A stretch of DNA of 64,000 nt from Eledone cirrhosa (GCA_964016885.1 OZ024745.1:107508001-107572000); one strand, 5' to 3'. Shown: positions 1 through 15,769, counted from the first letter of the stretch. Notes: a model not told the origin generated them from the sequence alone. Numbers and translations are program-made.

Positions 1-430
1 TATATCTAAGGGACTCGTTAGGTTTGTAGTACGGGTAGGAGAGGGAAGTATCTAGGTCGAGGGTGACATCTAAAAAGTTGGCCATAGTCGTATTAAATTC
101 TATGGTTATACTAAATCCTAGATTACGGAAGAACGAGCTTAAGTTTCTCCGAAACCCATCAGTGGTTTTGGGGTTAACCTTGTGAAATGCGAAGAGGGCA
201 TCGTCTGGGTATAAACCTCCGGTGAAGCCAGTAAAGAGGTTCTTCAGGTGATGTAAAATGTAAAGGCCCAAGAGGTCGCTTATTTCAGCCGAATCACTCG
301 GCCCCATGCTGACGTCAAAGGGGGTTTGAGACTTCTTTTTGATCCAGTAAGATCCCTCGTGGTGTAGGAAGGTCTTACGGGCATGGAGGATTACTTCTTG
401 CTGAGCGTCAGTTATGGTGGTAAAGTTCCT
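1..430 (-). mobile_element. Penelope-like element RT fragment (Hydra-clade-like), 5'-truncated, continues off the window's left edge
   Basis: Manual minus-strand translation: RNFTTITDAQQEVILHARKTF...PFDVSMGPSDSAEISDLLGLYIL...GGLYPDDAL...NFLDVTLDL...YPYYKPN. This aligns with the RT core of 36843-39284 (FDITMGSSDSAQITDLVGL, GGLYRDD, NFLDITLDL). The catalytic motif reads YPDD instead of YRDD. Confidence 0.9.
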
Positions 431-1026
431 GTGTATATATTTGTATATGTGTATGTGTGTATGTACCATTGTTGTGTGTGTGTGCCTGCCTGTGTGCGGG
501 TGCGTGTATTTGTGTGTACGTGTGTAAGTGGGCGAGTGCGTGAATGTGCCTGTCGACACCTGGAATATATATTAAGAGAAACTTCACAATAAGGGGATTC
601 ACCCCAACACTTGAATCTGTTGATGGAAGACTTTATGCCTTTGTCACCCTTATTCCAGCCTTAAAGAATTAGCTTCTAAAGATTTTCTCTTTTCTTTAAA
701 CCATTGAGCCCCACCCATCCTGTAGACACCTGTCTTACAGGCATTGTTAGTCTAAGTGATAAACTAGGATTGGTATTCCAAATTTGATTTTGTTTACAGT
801 ATTCTTTTTGCCTTTATTAATACTATAGCTTTAAAGAATTAGCTTTTAATGAACTCCCCTTTCTTTAAATGCTTCAATCAATGACCTCCACCCATCCCAA
901 TCCCCACCCTCTCCTACCACCAGAAAAGAAAATATATAAATAGTACTATTTACTTGGACAGCCACCTCCCTGATGATTTCTCACAAATGAAACAGTTCTA
1001 GTCCTGTAGAAGCTCTTCTATATTAA

Positions 1027-1030
<4 letters not shown>
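431..1030 (+). mobile_element. PLE 3' UTR/pseudo-LTR ('family A'), inverted relative to the adjacent RT fragment
   Basis: Homologous (reverse complement) to 46918-47600; ends in an HHR followed by (TA)n. Abutting a 5'-truncated PLE in opposite orientation is typical PLE insertion architecture. Confidence 0.75.
965..1013 (+). ncRNA. Type I hammerhead ribozyme (family A)
   Basis: CUGAUGA at 970-976, short stem II, GAAAC-AG...CU-GUA, 3' stem I gaagc (pairs with gcttc in the 47003-47051 copy). Confidence 0.7.
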
Positions 1031-1083
<53 letters not shown>

Positions 1084-1119
1084 TATATATATGTGTTTAT
1101 ATATATGTATATAAATATG

Positions 1120-1285
<166 letters not shown>

Positions 1286-1289
1286 TACA

Positions 1290-1510
1290 TACGAGTGGAA
1301 GGGTAGTCAAATCGAAGTTGTGGCAGTCGGCCCAATATCCGCAAAAAGACAATTAGGAGCTTGCACGAAGCACTCAATAAGTATGTATCGATAAATCGAT
1401 AGGTTACAACTGAGAGTAATAAACATAAATTAGATAGCGTGACAAATTGAAAACTGTGGTAAAGAGGACAAAGCCACAGAAGCCGCCACAACAACGAAAA
1501 TACAATCATA
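1290..1510. repeat. Short interspersed repeat ('family N') between microsatellites
   Basis: Shares blocks (agtggaag..tagtcaa, acaattagga, aagcactcaataag, gatagc.tgacaaattgaaaa, acaacgaaa) with 59791-59945. Confidence 0.6.
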
Positions 1511-1527
1511 TATATATATTTATATAT

Positions 1528-2080
1528 AGGCCAGGTGTCATACAGACAGCCATTGCTGGCACCCTAAAAGTCACACCAGTGCTGCTGCTGAATGTCAGAG
1601 GTCTGGTGAAACTCACTAACATGAGTAAAATCTCCTACCTGGGAGACTTAGCCATAAGCAGTAAAGCATTATGCAGGGCACTAACCAAAACGCACCTGAC
1701 AAGCAGTATAGCAGATGCGGAAATACATATAGCAAAATATACTGTATTTCGTTCGGACAGGAAGGAGAGAACTCATGGTGGGGTTGCTCTGTATATCCGT
1801 GAAGATGCCACACCAATTGTACTGTTGACACATTCAAACTCAGCCTGTGACACACTGATAGTACATATGAAGCAACTAAAGACAGTAATATGTGTCACAT
1901 ATCGGCCACCCGATGCCCCCAGTCATGAGGGTAAATTTGAGCCTCAGTAAGATAGACGAGGCCCTTGACAAACTGGACCAGGGTCTCAACATTCTACTGC
2001 TGGGAGACTTCAACCTGCCAAAGGTCAAATGGCCTAAGGGCCACCTCCTCTCTGGAATGGCATCACTAGAACAGAGACAG
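1528..2080 (+). pseudogene. LINE (CR1/L2-group) AP endonuclease fragment, frameshifted
   Basis: LLNVRGL, ALTKTHL (ETHL-like), YTVFRSDR..HGGVALYIR, VTYRPP, then in another frame ILLLGDFNLPKVKW: classic APE motifs. Confidence 0.85.
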
Positions 2081-2081
2081 A

Positions 2082-2216
2082 CGTTTCGACAGTCGAAACG
2101 GCTTGAGCTCTGCTGTCGGGGGTCTCGAACATTTTCCTATTACCCACTCTACTGCCCTAAGTATTGAGCACTTTGGTGCGTTATGGTCCACCTGGTTCCT
2201 TACCACACTTCCTTCG

Positions 2217-2218
<2 letters not shown>
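2082..2218 (+). mobile_element. Family B non-autonomous PLE-type repeat (HHR 3' half + tail)
   Basis: gtcGAAACggcttgagctctgctGTCgggg...tattgagcactttggtgcgttatggtccacctggttcctt; matches 9220-9410, 15490-15703, 22943-23120, 60905-61116. Confidence 0.7.
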
Positions 2219-2288
<70 letters not shown>

Positions 2289-2472
2289 TTAGAGCAAACA
2301 TCACGGGCGCTCTATCTCAAAATTATTTTTGAATAGCATTAGAAATGCGCAACCGGTAAAACTTAAAACCAAAACTGAATACTAACCAATACTATTACTA
2401 ATTTTTACTTATTCCTAATTAAACTATTTTTCACTGGGAACAATTTGTCAGCATTTTCTTTTCCGTTTACCA

Positions 2473-2507
<35 letters not shown>

Positions 2508-2523
2508 TATATATATATATACG

Positions 2524-2604
<81 letters not shown>

Positions 2605-2673
2605 TATTGCTCTGATTGTTGTTTATTTAATTAATTAATTCGTCATTGAGCCACATCGTGAATGGTTGGCAAA

Positions 2674-2710
<37 letters not shown>

Positions 2711-3000
2711 ATGACTTTGTCTAGTTTGTGTATATGTAAATATTTATATTTGATAATCTCCCATAAGGTTGAGATGCAATTTAGGCAATATTAGGCTGCG
2801 CTTTCTAGCAACAAGCCCGCTCGCCGCAAGGCACTAATCGCATTCTTTCTGACTTGACCACTGCCACGTCACAGTTCTTAGCCATTTTGAATTCGTTTAT
2901 GGCGGGGATCATTAAAGAAAAATCTCCGTCCAAGTGAGTTTGTTTCCTGATGATTTCGAAGCTCGTGAATTTATCCTTGATCGGATATTTCCTAAAGCGA

Positions 3001-4346
<1,346 letters not shown>

Positions 4347-4388
4347 ATATATATATGTATGTATGCATGTGTGTATATACATATATAT

Positions 4389-4434
<46 letters not shown>

Positions 4435-4856
4435 GTATATATATATATATGTATATGACTGGGTGTATAGATTTTTGTGTGTGCGTATGTAAGTGTCTAT
4501 GTATGTATATGTGTGTATGTCTGTATGTGTGGATGTGGATGTATGTATGTGTATGATTATCACTTTATAATAGATAGGGAATTATTTTACTCACATACCT
4601 ATTTATATTGTCCTAATTTAGATGTGAATTTTGAATTATGTCGCTATTATCAACTTGATTTAATAACAGACCGAGTTTCAAATTCTCACAGCAATTGCCA
4701 AGGTTTCTTTATCTCTAATCTTGATATTGTTTAAAATCAGGTATGTAAATATTTAATGACAGGCAAACACACACAGACACACATAGACACACAAATACTG
4801 TCATATACATATACATATATACATACATACATACACATATATATATATATATATAT

Positions 4857-4990
4857 AAGTTATTCCGGGTTGAATCGGAGGTAACCACAGTAAGTAAGGT
4901 ACTCAATACTTAGCAGAGTATAACAGTTTTAATATAGAAGAGCTTCTACAGCACTAGAACTGTTTCCTTCGTGAGAAATCATCAGGAAGT
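4857..4990 (-). mobile_element. Family A 3' end with intact HHR (4942-4990, minus)
   Basis: Minus strand: cttc-CUGAUGA-tttctcacgaag-GAAAC-agttctagtgct-GUA-gaagc. A partial inverted copy lies at 5090-5140. Confidence 0.75.
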
Positions 4991-5137
4991 GTGTAGTATA
5001 AATGTTCGTGTGTATGTATGTATATGTGTGTATGTGTGCATGTGTATGTGTGTATGTGTATGATTATCACCTCTTTATAATAGATTATTTATCACGAATG
5101 AAACAGTTCTAGTCCTGTAGAAGCTATTCTATATTAA

Positions 5138-5173
<36 letters not shown>

Positions 5174-5581
5174 TTCATTTTTGTATTTGTTTTGCAAATG
5201 CAAAACAAAAGCACACGTTCATGTTTATATATATATGGGTGTGTGTGTGATAATTTGACTATTTAACTGACAAAAAATGTATGACATGTATAAATGTTTT
5301 TTTAAATGTTTAAGGGATATGGAAACACGTGCATCCAAGTTTTTTTCCCTCTTTTTGCTATTCTCATTAGTTATCAGGGGACATTTTAATCTCGTCTTCG
5401 TCTTAATCTCCCAACTGGTAGCAAACGATTCACTAAATACATATAAAGACATGTAGATTCGCTATAATAGATCATTTGTATTGTGTGGATATTATACAAG
5501 TCTATATTGCCAGCTGTTGATCATTTTCTAAAGCTAATAGTTTTATCTTACATTTCACCTCTAAAATTTGATTTATCATGA

Positions 5582-5760
5582 CGCGTGGCTTTGTGGTTAG
5601 GGTGTTTGATTTATAATCGAAATATCATCAGTTCGATTGCCTGTGTGTTGTGTCCTTGAGCAAGACACGTTATTAAAAGTACACGTGTCTACGGAATGCT
5701 TAATCCGTTGCACGTTAATTTTACATATAAACACGTCGTCGAACCGAATCAGGTCCAAAA
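5582..5760 (+). mobile_element. Degenerate tRNA-derived SINE (gtgtccttgagcaagacac core type)
   Basis: A-box-like gtggctttgtggttag, B-box-like gttcgattgc, then gtgtccttgagcaagacac; related copy at 43125-43310. Confidence 0.55.
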
Positions 5761-6419
5761 CACACATACACACACACACACACAGAATATACCGTTTTTG
5801 TGGGGACAAACTTTGCATGTTACTTTTTTACTCGCGCACATTCTCTCCTGTATTTCTCCATCTAAATCATTCTCTAACAAGACATAACGCACTACGAAGA
5901 GATATCTTTATTCCAAACACTTGTCTGAGCAAATCTTATATCATACGTCTTCGCACACAAACAAATACGATTTTTGAAAATGCAGCAACCTGAAAAAAGA
6001 AAACGGTCCATTAATAGTTCTATCTTTACTTGAAGACAGCTGTGATGCATCTATTCTGATTTACTGGTTTTATTGCCATACAATATCAGAAGCATGTTTA
6101 GGGAAACCCAATGGAAGCCATTTTGATAAACTAAAGCCATGTTTATAATAGGATAAATGATTGAACCCTGTCAATATATTAAATGCCTTGTAAAAGAAAA
6201 ATAAGCATAAAACAGAGATGTTTGTTATTTGTTTGTATATATGCATATATGCGTGTGTATATACATCGATGTAATAAGCAAGAAAATATAGAAACAGCAA
6301 TACAATCAATAGCAATTACTCAAGACATATAAAAAAATGATGCTAGCCCTCCTTCTCCTCTTCCCCGTTCTCCTCTTTCTCCTCCTTCTACTCTTCCTCC
6401 TTCTCCTCCTCCTCATCCA

Positions 6420-6542
6420 CTTACTACTACTACTACTACTACTGCTACTACTACTACTACTATTAGCACGACTAGTAGCATTAGTAGTAGTAGTAGTAGT
6501 AGCAGTAGCAGCAGTAGTAGTAGTATCTGTAGGAGCAGCAGC

Positions 6543-6601
<59 letters not shown>

Positions 6602-6623
6602 CAGCAGCAGCAGCAGCAGTAGC

Positions 6624-6661
<38 letters not shown>

Positions 6662-6671
6662 CAGCAGTAGC

Positions 6672-6725
<54 letters not shown>

Positions 6726-6761
6726 TGTAGTAGTAGTAGAAGAGCAGCAGCAGTAGTAGCA

Positions 6762-6830
<69 letters not shown>
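6420..6830. repeat. (CTA)n/(AGT)n/(AGC)n trinucleotide microsatellite
   Basis: Direct reading. Confidence 0.95.
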
Positions 6831-7108
6831 AATACATTATAACTGAAACCTCTGGTCATCAATAATTATTACAATTTAACTAGATAAGACATTATGATAG
6901 AATAAAATAAAATAAAATAAAGCTTGGATGTCTGAAAAGGTTATATGAAAATAAGGTATGCAAAAGGCCGCTTCCGACATCAGAATTTCAGATGAAGTTA
7001 TATAGTCTTCTCACCATCCACCAAACTTAAACCTGCAGCGCACCACCACTCTTACTTTTTTTTAAAAAATGTATCCTAATGTAATACTCCCATTCGTACT
7101 GCTCCTTT

Positions 7109-7147
<39 letters not shown>

Positions 7148-7269
7148 GTCTGTATGTCTTTCTTTCTCTCATCATTTCTTTGTATTTCTTTCCCCCCTCT
7201 ATATCTATTTCTATTTCGCTCTCTGCTATAAATATCTACTTTTGTCTTTCTCATACGTTATTCCTCCCC

Positions 7270-7341
<72 letters not shown>

Positions 7342-7819
7342 CTCTTTCTCTCTCTCTCTCCCTCTCTCTCGCTCTATCTTTCCCCCCTCCATTTATTTCT
7401 GCCGCCCTATGTCTGAGGCTGAAGATGACGTTTCCACAGGTCCGGAAAGAAGGATGAGAAACGAAGCAAAATATATATAAAGGATTTGACCCGATAGTCA
7501 AATCGGATGAAGAAAACTGTTTCCATTGGTCTTTCCATTGCTGATCATATCTTCCGGTTGCAACTCCTGGCAAAATATATAAAGCAATAATAAATTAATA
7601 AATACATACACAAACCAGTCTCAGTCATTTAAGCTGCGTCCATCAAGTATCACCTCTTTAGTTTCAGTTATCAGGTAAAGAAACCAAATAAAACAAGGAT
7701 TTGTCACTCTGCATTTTTATCAAAGTAATATTGTTAGCTACTGTTGTACAAGATGACTTCTAAAGAGGCTAAACAGAAAGAAAAGGAAAAATTAAATCAT
7801 AACAGCACACTACCACGAT

Positions 7820-8278
7820 CATTACACCACCACCACCACCGCACCACCGCCCCCGTCACCACCATCACCACTACCACCACCGTTACCACCACCGTTACCA
7901 CCACCCACCACCACCAATGCACCGCCGCCACCACCACTACCACCACCACTACCACCACCGTTACCACCACCGCCACCACCACCGCCTCCGCCACCACCAT
8001 CACCACTACCACCACCATTACCACCACCATTACCACCACCGTTACCACCACCACCACCGCCTCCGCCACCACCATCACCACTACCACCACCATTACCACC
8101 ACCGTTACCACCACCACCACCACCACCGCACCGCCGCCTCCGCCATCACCATCACCACTACCACCACCATTACCACCACCGTTACCACCACCACCACCAC
8201 CATCACCACCACCGCACCGCCGCCTCCGCCACCACCATCACCACTACCACCACCATTACCACTACCACCACCACCATT
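7820..8278. repeat. (ACC)n-derived minisatellite
   Basis: Recurrent accgcctccgccaccaccatcaccactaccaccaccattacc units. Confidence 0.9.
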
Positions 8279-8592
8279 TGCAACAAGAACTACAGCAATA
8301 TAGAAACAGTGTGAACTCGTAATACACGTTAAAGAATAATTTTAAAAAGTAAAGAAATTTAGAGAGAGAGGGAGGGGGGCGAATGGGAGGAGAATGGGGG
8401 GAGACAATGAGAGAAAGGAAGACATAAGAGGGAAGAGGAGAGAAAGAAAGACGAGAGAGAGAGGGGGGGGGAAGAAAAAATGATGTGAGTGAGAGATGGG
8501 GAAAGACAAGAAGAGAAAGAAAGACGGTAGAGAGAGAGTGTGAGAGAGAGAGAGAGAGAGAGAGAGGGGAGAGAGAGAAGGGAGAGAGAGGG

Positions 8593-8656
<64 letters not shown>

Positions 8657-9190
8657 GAAAAGAGAAAGAAAATGTGAGTGAGAGATGGAGAGGGACAAGA
8701 AGAGAAAGAAAGACGGTAGTGAGAGAGGGAGGGAGAGAGGAAAAGAGAAAGAAAATCGATAGACAGAGAGAGCGAGAAATATATATATATATAGTGGCTG
8801 CCAACTCATTTTCGAGTACGGCCACTACTTTATATCCATGTAGGAGAACCCCTACCGATGCGCTGAACGAGTGTGACTTTTTAATCCAGCCAGCGACTTG
8901 AAAACTCTGGTACAAACACTACACTTGTGACAATTATTGACACATAGTGCTGGGCCCATGGTACCATGTGACGACAAGTGCAGAGAGATCTCCAGATATA
9001 AAGCAATGCCTGTGCCGTGAAGCTTTTATAGTGAGCAAAGGCACTGCACAAAGCCAGTCCTACTCTCTTAACCAAGATGATATTTACCAAAAAGAAGAAC
9101 AAGTCAACATCATTGGATACCATCAGGGAGAGATGACCCCTTAGCCTTTGTCAAGGCAGAATTCTAGGAGAAGGAAAACTCTGATATAAC

Positions 9191-9219
<29 letters not shown>

Positions 9220-9221
<2 letters not shown>

Positions 9222-9410
9222 GGAAAAAGTATGACCCCGACGGCAGAGCCCAAGCCGTTTCGACGGCTATTTCTGGACTGAGTCCAGAAATAGCCGTCGA
9301 AACGGCTTGAGCTCTGCCGCCGGGGTCATACTTTTTCCTATTTCCCACTCTACTACCCAAAGTATTGAGTACTCTGGTGCGTTTTGGTCCATCTGGTTCC
9401 TTAACACAAT
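9220..9410 (+). mobile_element. Family B fold-back element (palindrome 9220-9340 plus tail)
   Basis: ~60-bp inverted arms centred on ttctggact-g-agtccagaa. Confidence 0.8.
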
Positions 9411-9657
9411 TCCTTTGTTTCACTTTGCCTTTCATCCTTACGGGGTCGATAAAATAAAGTACCAGTAATGTACTGGAATTTTTGTTGGCCTTGTGCCTAA
9501 AGTAGAAACAGCTATATATATATATATATGTGTGAAAAATAATGGGGAGAAGAATACTGCTGGTTGTACATGGATAACAAGTTATAAAATGAGTCCCTCA
9601 TCAGTGATTTGCCAACGGTCATTGGTATTTCATTGCATTAAAAATCATATATACTAT

Positions 9658-9746
<89 letters not shown>

Positions 9747-9754
9747 GAGAGAGA

Positions 9755-9785
<31 letters not shown>

Positions 9786-10019
9786 TGAGTGAGAGAGTGA
9801 GAGAGAGCGAAGGGTGGTTGGGACAGATTAACTTTGTTGATGCCATCCAGTTCGTGATTGAGTTGATAAATTATTTGACTAATTGCTATTCAATAGTCGA
9901 GTAGGCTGATTTACGATGTAAGAAATTGACAACAGCTGCAACAATAACCACTGCAACAATAACAACTGTAACAACACAAACACCATCATCAGCTTCATCG
10001 AAACTGTCATTATTAATAC

Positions 10020-10063
<44 letters not shown>

Positions 10064-10206
10064 CCATCATCAACATCACCAACAGCAACAACAAAAGCTG
10101 ACTAAAATACAGCAGAAGGATTACAGCCAATACAGCGAATCAATTATTATTATTATTATCAAAAGTAGAAACACTTATAAGTATTATTAACAGAAGCAGC
10201 AGCAGC

Positions 10207-10281
<75 letters not shown>

Positions 10282-10294
10282 GGTGGTGGTTTGA

Positions 10295-10326
<32 letters not shown>

Positions 10327-10328
10327 AC

Positions 10329-10398
<70 letters not shown>

Positions 10399-10483
10399 AT
10401 AGTGGTGGTGGTGGTTTTGGTGGTGGTAGTAGTAGTAGTTAGTAGTAGTAGTTAGTGGTGGTGGTGGTGGTGATGTTTTGATG

Positions 10484-10519
<36 letters not shown>

Positions 10520-10537
10520 ATGGTGGTGGTTTTGGTG

Positions 10538-10569
<32 letters not shown>

Positions 10570-10606
10570 GGTGGTGGTGGTTGTGATGGTAGTAGTAGTA
10601 GTAGTT

Positions 10607-10648
<42 letters not shown>

Positions 10649-10672
10649 CTGGTGGTGGTGGTGGTGATGGTG
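10020..10672. repeat. (CAT)n and (TAG)n/(TGG)n microsatellites
   Basis: Direct reading. Confidence 0.95.
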
Positions 10673-10739
10673 TTTGGCCATTTCATTCATTCCACGCGAA
10701 GGACAAGACGTTGTGAGCAATCCACGAATGATAAATGAT

Positions 10740-11610
10740 AGCTGAAAGTCTGGAAGTATGCGCATTTGCTAAAGAAATTAATACGAGATTCGGAGAAGAA
10801 AAAACGCGCAAATCAAACTTGAAGAGAGCGAAATTAGTTAAGAACACTAATACTGTGTTAGATAAAGGAACAATGATAAGAGAATCTCACCAAATGCAGG
10901 CTTACAAATACTTAGTAGCCAATGTACAACTCAGAAATTCAAGAAAAGATTAGATAGTAGCATAACCGTATGTTAATGTGTAAAACATTATATTTACTAC
11001 TGTAACACTGAAATACGGGACATCGTGTAATTAGAAAACTAAAAAAAGAATGATATGACAAAACCATGTCAAGAAAACCCCTACATTGTCAAATTAGAGA
11101 AGAAAAAGAAATGGAAACGGAGATAAACAAACAAAAAATCACAATAATTGTTTAGTAGCGCAAGGCTCATAGTTCAGACTGAAAAATTCTTTATTGTGAC
11201 ACTGGTTTAAATCTTTCCAAGAAACGAACTAGGTTATGTAGTGACGCTCAATAAATTAACTAATTGAATGATATGCTGGGAAGAAAAGAATTAACCATAT
11301 CGCCAACGGCTTTCTAATCTGAGCAAAGGAAGAATACATTTACAGGAATAAAAGTTGTGGTTTCAACTGAATGGAAGTTATGGCAATATTTGAAATATAA
11401 CATAAACTAACACCAGAAATGGTTAGAGAAATTAACAAAGCAAGAATACTTCGGAATATGCTAATACACTCAAGAAATGAGATCAAGTTTGTTTTACTAG
11501 TTATTGTTGTTACTCACCCCGGAGAAAGGAAGGGTTTCAAAGTATTTATTTTAAAAGATGGTTATGTCTCTCGCAAAAAATTGGTGAAATTGTCCAAATA
11601 TAAATTCTAG
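10740..11610 (+). pseudogene. Highly degenerate non-LTR RT remnant (R4/Dong-like)
   Basis: FAKEINTRFGEEK..LKRAKLVKNTNTVLDKGTMIRE..AYKYL resembles MEFGxEKC..KRGKLV..YKYLG, and DGYVSRK resembles DRLYVSRKEGG. Both consensus strings are recalled from memory. Confidence 0.45.
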
Positions 11611-12853
11611 AAATATAGATAAAACGTTGTGGCTAAAAAACGAAACCGTCTGTATAATAAGTACTTTGATTATTTAAAAAAACACACAGAAAAATATATA
11701 TAAGAAAATAAAGTAAAAATCAATATTAAGTATTATATACATTTTACGCAGATTTCTGCCAAGTCATCACTTTAATATAATAAGCATATGTGTGGGTGTG
11801 TGCGTGTGTGTGGAGAGAGAGAGAGAAAAAAAAGAGAGAGGGATATCAAAACTTAATTCAACCATCCTACCAGTTTACACATCGTAGCTATAATACTTAA
11901 ACAAGATAAGATCCGAGATATAAGGTTATTGTCGCTACCTGCATATCGGCAAATATTAACGGCAAATGCTAATCCATAAAGATCATAGATTAGAAAAGAA
12001 CGGAAGTAACTATATATTTGGACATTCATCCTTTATCCGAGAGAAATATAATATAATGGCTAAACCCTGGGTTACTAAGAAGAAAAAGCCCCTCAGATGT
12101 GCCATCATTAATAGAGAATTAAATGTATTAGAACTTCTTGAGTTAAAACCAGAGATGTCTTCGCCGTCGAATTCTTCAAACAATGGTCACGCCTTTTAAT
12201 CTTTCCTGCAATCCTCATGAAGGACACAGTCTTCTTTTCAGTTTTCTAGTGTTTGATTACGTGAATCCCAAAAGTCTAAGACTGTACACCAAGTCACTGT
12301 CGACTTTCTTCCAAGCAGTCACAACCCGTTCTGCAACTATCCCCAGAATATTATTGTTGGTTTCATTTATATATGCGCTTGTAATTGACGAGATTACCCA
12401 ATAAAATTTGTTTAATGCCCAAAATTATACAAGAGGCCCTCACTCAATTTGGCTGTAAATTTTCCGAGCACCATTGCAGATACAACTAGGAAAAACGATT
12501 GACCTTAATTCGTTATTAATGTTGTGCAATAATATTGCGCGTCTATCCAGCGATATGATAGTCAGATAATTGATTTCTCAGATAAAAAATTCACACTGCT
12601 GTATATTAAGAGTAAACCCACTTTCAGTATTGACAGAAGTTGTAGTTTATTAGAAAGCTCTGACATTAAAGTTGATTCTATCAAAATTTCGCCAATAAAA
12701 ATAATTACGGGTACTTCTTTCGTATTACAAAATATGAGCCTTCGTTTTAATGGTCTGACAGAAACGGCAAATGAAACCCGGAATCGAATAGTTTTGGCAA
12801 AATGTTAACTTTGCTGAAACGGAGATTGGTGCTTTCCTTTTAAATATCTAGAT

Positions 12854-13262
12854 CAGACGTCGGCAACCAGCGGCGCGCGGGCCGGATCCGGTCCGCGAGA
12901 ACTGATGCCCAATTAATTTCATTATTTAAATTTTAAATTTATTGTAATATGAGAGACGAGACTTTCGAATACAATAAAAGGCCTGCCGTTACATTCTTCC
13001 ACAAATCTTCTATTTACTCTACCTAATGTCCACCACCAACCAAATGTGAACGCTTTGATAGCAAAAACACAATTAAAAATTCGTCGCATTATTACATTCA
13101 TCTGTGGTTAATACAAATTATTTTAAAGTATAGTCAACACTCGTGATTAAATTTTAGCTTGTGTAATTTTCCATAATTATTCATTTATGGCCTTCGTCCG
13201 GCCCCTTATCCGTCATTAATACTCGATCCAGCCTGAGGAGGCAAAGAAGTTGCCGACACCTG
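12854..13262. mobile_element. hAT (Charlie-like) MITE
   Basis: TIRs cagacgtcggcaac / gttgccgacacctg; perfect 8-bp TSD ATCTAGAT at 12846-12853 and 13263-13270. Confidence 0.9.
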
Positions 13263-13865
13263 ATCTAGATTACATGTCGAGTTGTTAATTCTGTGTAACT
13301 TTTAGTTGAAAATGCGTCTTGATTTATACAAAAATATTTACGATATTTCATATACAATGTAACAACGCATCTCACTATGTTCTTATGATCTTATATATTA
13401 TCTTGTGATACAAATTCCTTTTATAGGATGTAGCTTTGGCTACCAGACTTGAGTTAAAGATAATGCGATAAGTTATGAGGATTTCCAACGATATGGCATA
13501 ATCATGTGTTCTAACATTAATATATAAATTTCCCTAAAGAGATTAAAAACACATCATGTGTCCCACACGATTTGCTACGCTAAATTTAAAAAGAAATAAT
13601 TTACAATAAGCCAATGCTGTCAATATAGTTATATTATATGAAACATATTAGCCTATCTCATAGATTTATACACAGGATCATTATTGCGTATTTAGATGGT
13701 ATCAGCAAACATTTTTCCTTTTTATTTTAAAGATGATAAATAGAAGGCAAAAAATAAATATTTAAATGTAATATATTTTAAATAAAGATTTTTGAGTTAA
13801 CACATACGCACCCAGACACAAACAAACACAAACACACATACACATACACATACACACACACAGAC

Positions 13866-13896
<31 letters not shown>

Positions 13897-14320
13897 ATGT
13901 GTGAGTGTATGTGTCTGTGTGTGTTTCTATGTATCTGCTTATGTGTGTATGTATTTATATATTACATCTTTCTCAAAAAAGATTTATTATGCTGTTTATT
14001 CGAAGGTTTTTGAGAATGGTGGTACTTCGAAATGACGTTTATGTTGTTGATGTTGATATTGTTGGGGTGGCGTTGGTGGTGAGGTGGGAGGGGAGTAACG
14101 GCGGTTGTTATCCTATTTATTTTGGGGGGGAATGTCATTCTTTTTTTTACTTCTTAAAATGTGTATTCGTGTGTATGAATGAATATTAATTTGTAATGTA
14201 TCTTAAGGTTTTAGCAAAAGTCAAAATTTAATTTTGGAATACTGTTTATAGATATTTTATTTCTCTTTCTCACACACTCACTCTCCATGTATATATATAT
14301 ACCAGAGATATCAGAGTGTC

Positions 14321-14875
14321 ATGTTTGTGGACGCAACCCCTGGAGGGAAATTAGCTAACCAGTGTAGAAAGGCCCTGAGAAAGACCCACTTAAAAATAAA
14401 GGTGGTAGAAAAGCCAGGAACCACCATAAAATCCCTGATCAGCAAAACCTACCCTTTTAAGAAAACCCACTGTACCAATAGGAAATGTATCATATGTAAG
14501 GTGAACCCCCGGATAAACTGTAAAACTAGAAACGTAGTCTATAGCATAAGATGTACAGAGGGTACTTGCAGAAACACGACAACAACATACATAGGTGAGA
14601 CAGCTCGTAGCATAGGTGAAAGGATAGACCAACACTGGGGGGAACTAAAAGGACGAAAAAACGGGTCAGTACTATACGAACATGCTAGACAACATCATGA
14701 CGGTAACATAGACAACATAGAAATTAGAATAATATCTAAACATAGGAATGACCCAGCAGATAGGCAAATCAGAGAGGCCAGTGAAATAGAAATTAGAAGA
14801 CCAAAGCTAAACAGAAAGAATGAGTGGAACAACAACAACACCCAAACAAACAACACTGACCTAAGAGAAGTATAA
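14321..14875 (+). mobile_element. PLE C-terminal fragment: Cys linker + GIY-YIG endonuclease (Neptune-like), 5'-truncated
   Basis: FVDATPGGKLA; CTNRKCIIC..NC linker; NVVYSIRC..C..YIGETAR..ERIDQH..LYEHARQHH (CCHH); RQIREA..P.LNRKNEW. Confidence 0.88.
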
Positions 14876-15394
14876 ATAAATAAGTAAATTAAATTAAATA
14901 AAATAAGATAAATAAATACATACACAAGCACATAAACACACACTAGTCACCCAGCAGACACAACACTATACACACTAGTCACACATCACACATAACACTA
15001 TACACACACGCAAACGCATGCGCAAAGAAGACAAAATAAAATAAGATAAACAAACAAGCAAATAAATAAATAAATATATAGACAGACTGAACAAAAAAAA
15101 AATGGCGTAGACATACAACACAACAGGAGGAACAATGAATATAACACCACTGACGATGTTGCAGATGTGCAACGAAAGATTTATGTAAACTATATATATA
15201 TGTGTTTGTCTATATTGTATCTGTATTATTTTTGACCGCCGGTCAGTCAATGGCAACATTGAGGACCGAGTAAGTTAGATCGCAGATATATATATATAAA
15301 AGACAGCGAGAAGCGAAAACCAACCAAACAGTGAGTGTGTTCTGTTATTAATTCTGGCAATATTACGCAAATATGACCCTCCCCAAATATAACA

Positions 15395-15400
<6 letters not shown>
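14876..15400 (+). mobile_element. 3' UTR/pLTR of the Neptune-like PLE ('family C') with degenerate HHR at ~15147-15190
   Basis: CUGACGA-tgttgca gatg tgcaac-GAAAG; ends in atgaccctccccaaatataacaat. Homologous to 25950-26290 (-), 44888-44985 and 51690-52137. Confidence 0.7.
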
Positions 15401-15489
<89 letters not shown>

Positions 15490-15493
<4 letters not shown>

Positions 15494-15701
15494 AACGAGT
15501 AGGACCCCGACGGCTGAGCTCAAGCCGTTTCGACGGCTAATTCTGGACTTTTTTTTTTTTTTTTAGTCCAGAATTAGCCGTCGAAACGGCTTGTGCTCAA
15601 CCGTCGGGGTCCTACTCGTTCCTATTACCCACTCTACTACCCTAAGTATTGAGTACTTTGGTGCGTTATGGTCCACCTGGTTCCTTACCACATTTCCTTC
15701 G

Positions 15702-15703
<2 letters not shown>
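15490..15703 (+). mobile_element. Family B fold-back element
   Basis: Inverted arms 15490-15549 and ~15565-15624 around an oligo-T spacer, followed by the family B tail. Confidence 0.8.

Positions 15704-15769
<66 letters not shown>

Noticed and set aside
2760-3000. GC-richer island as a possible host exon
   Set aside because: No recognisable motif or convincing splice pair in the frames I checked; cannot be supported.
7480-7575. Possible minus-strand exon (ttttgccag|GVATGRYDQQWKDQWKQF)
   Set aside because: The same sequence recurs at ~43240-43290 within a SINE, so it is repeat-derived.
7744-8322. 192-aa Thr/Pro/His-rich 'mucin-like' ORF
   Set aside because: It derives entirely from an (ACC)n minisatellite that is open in several frames.
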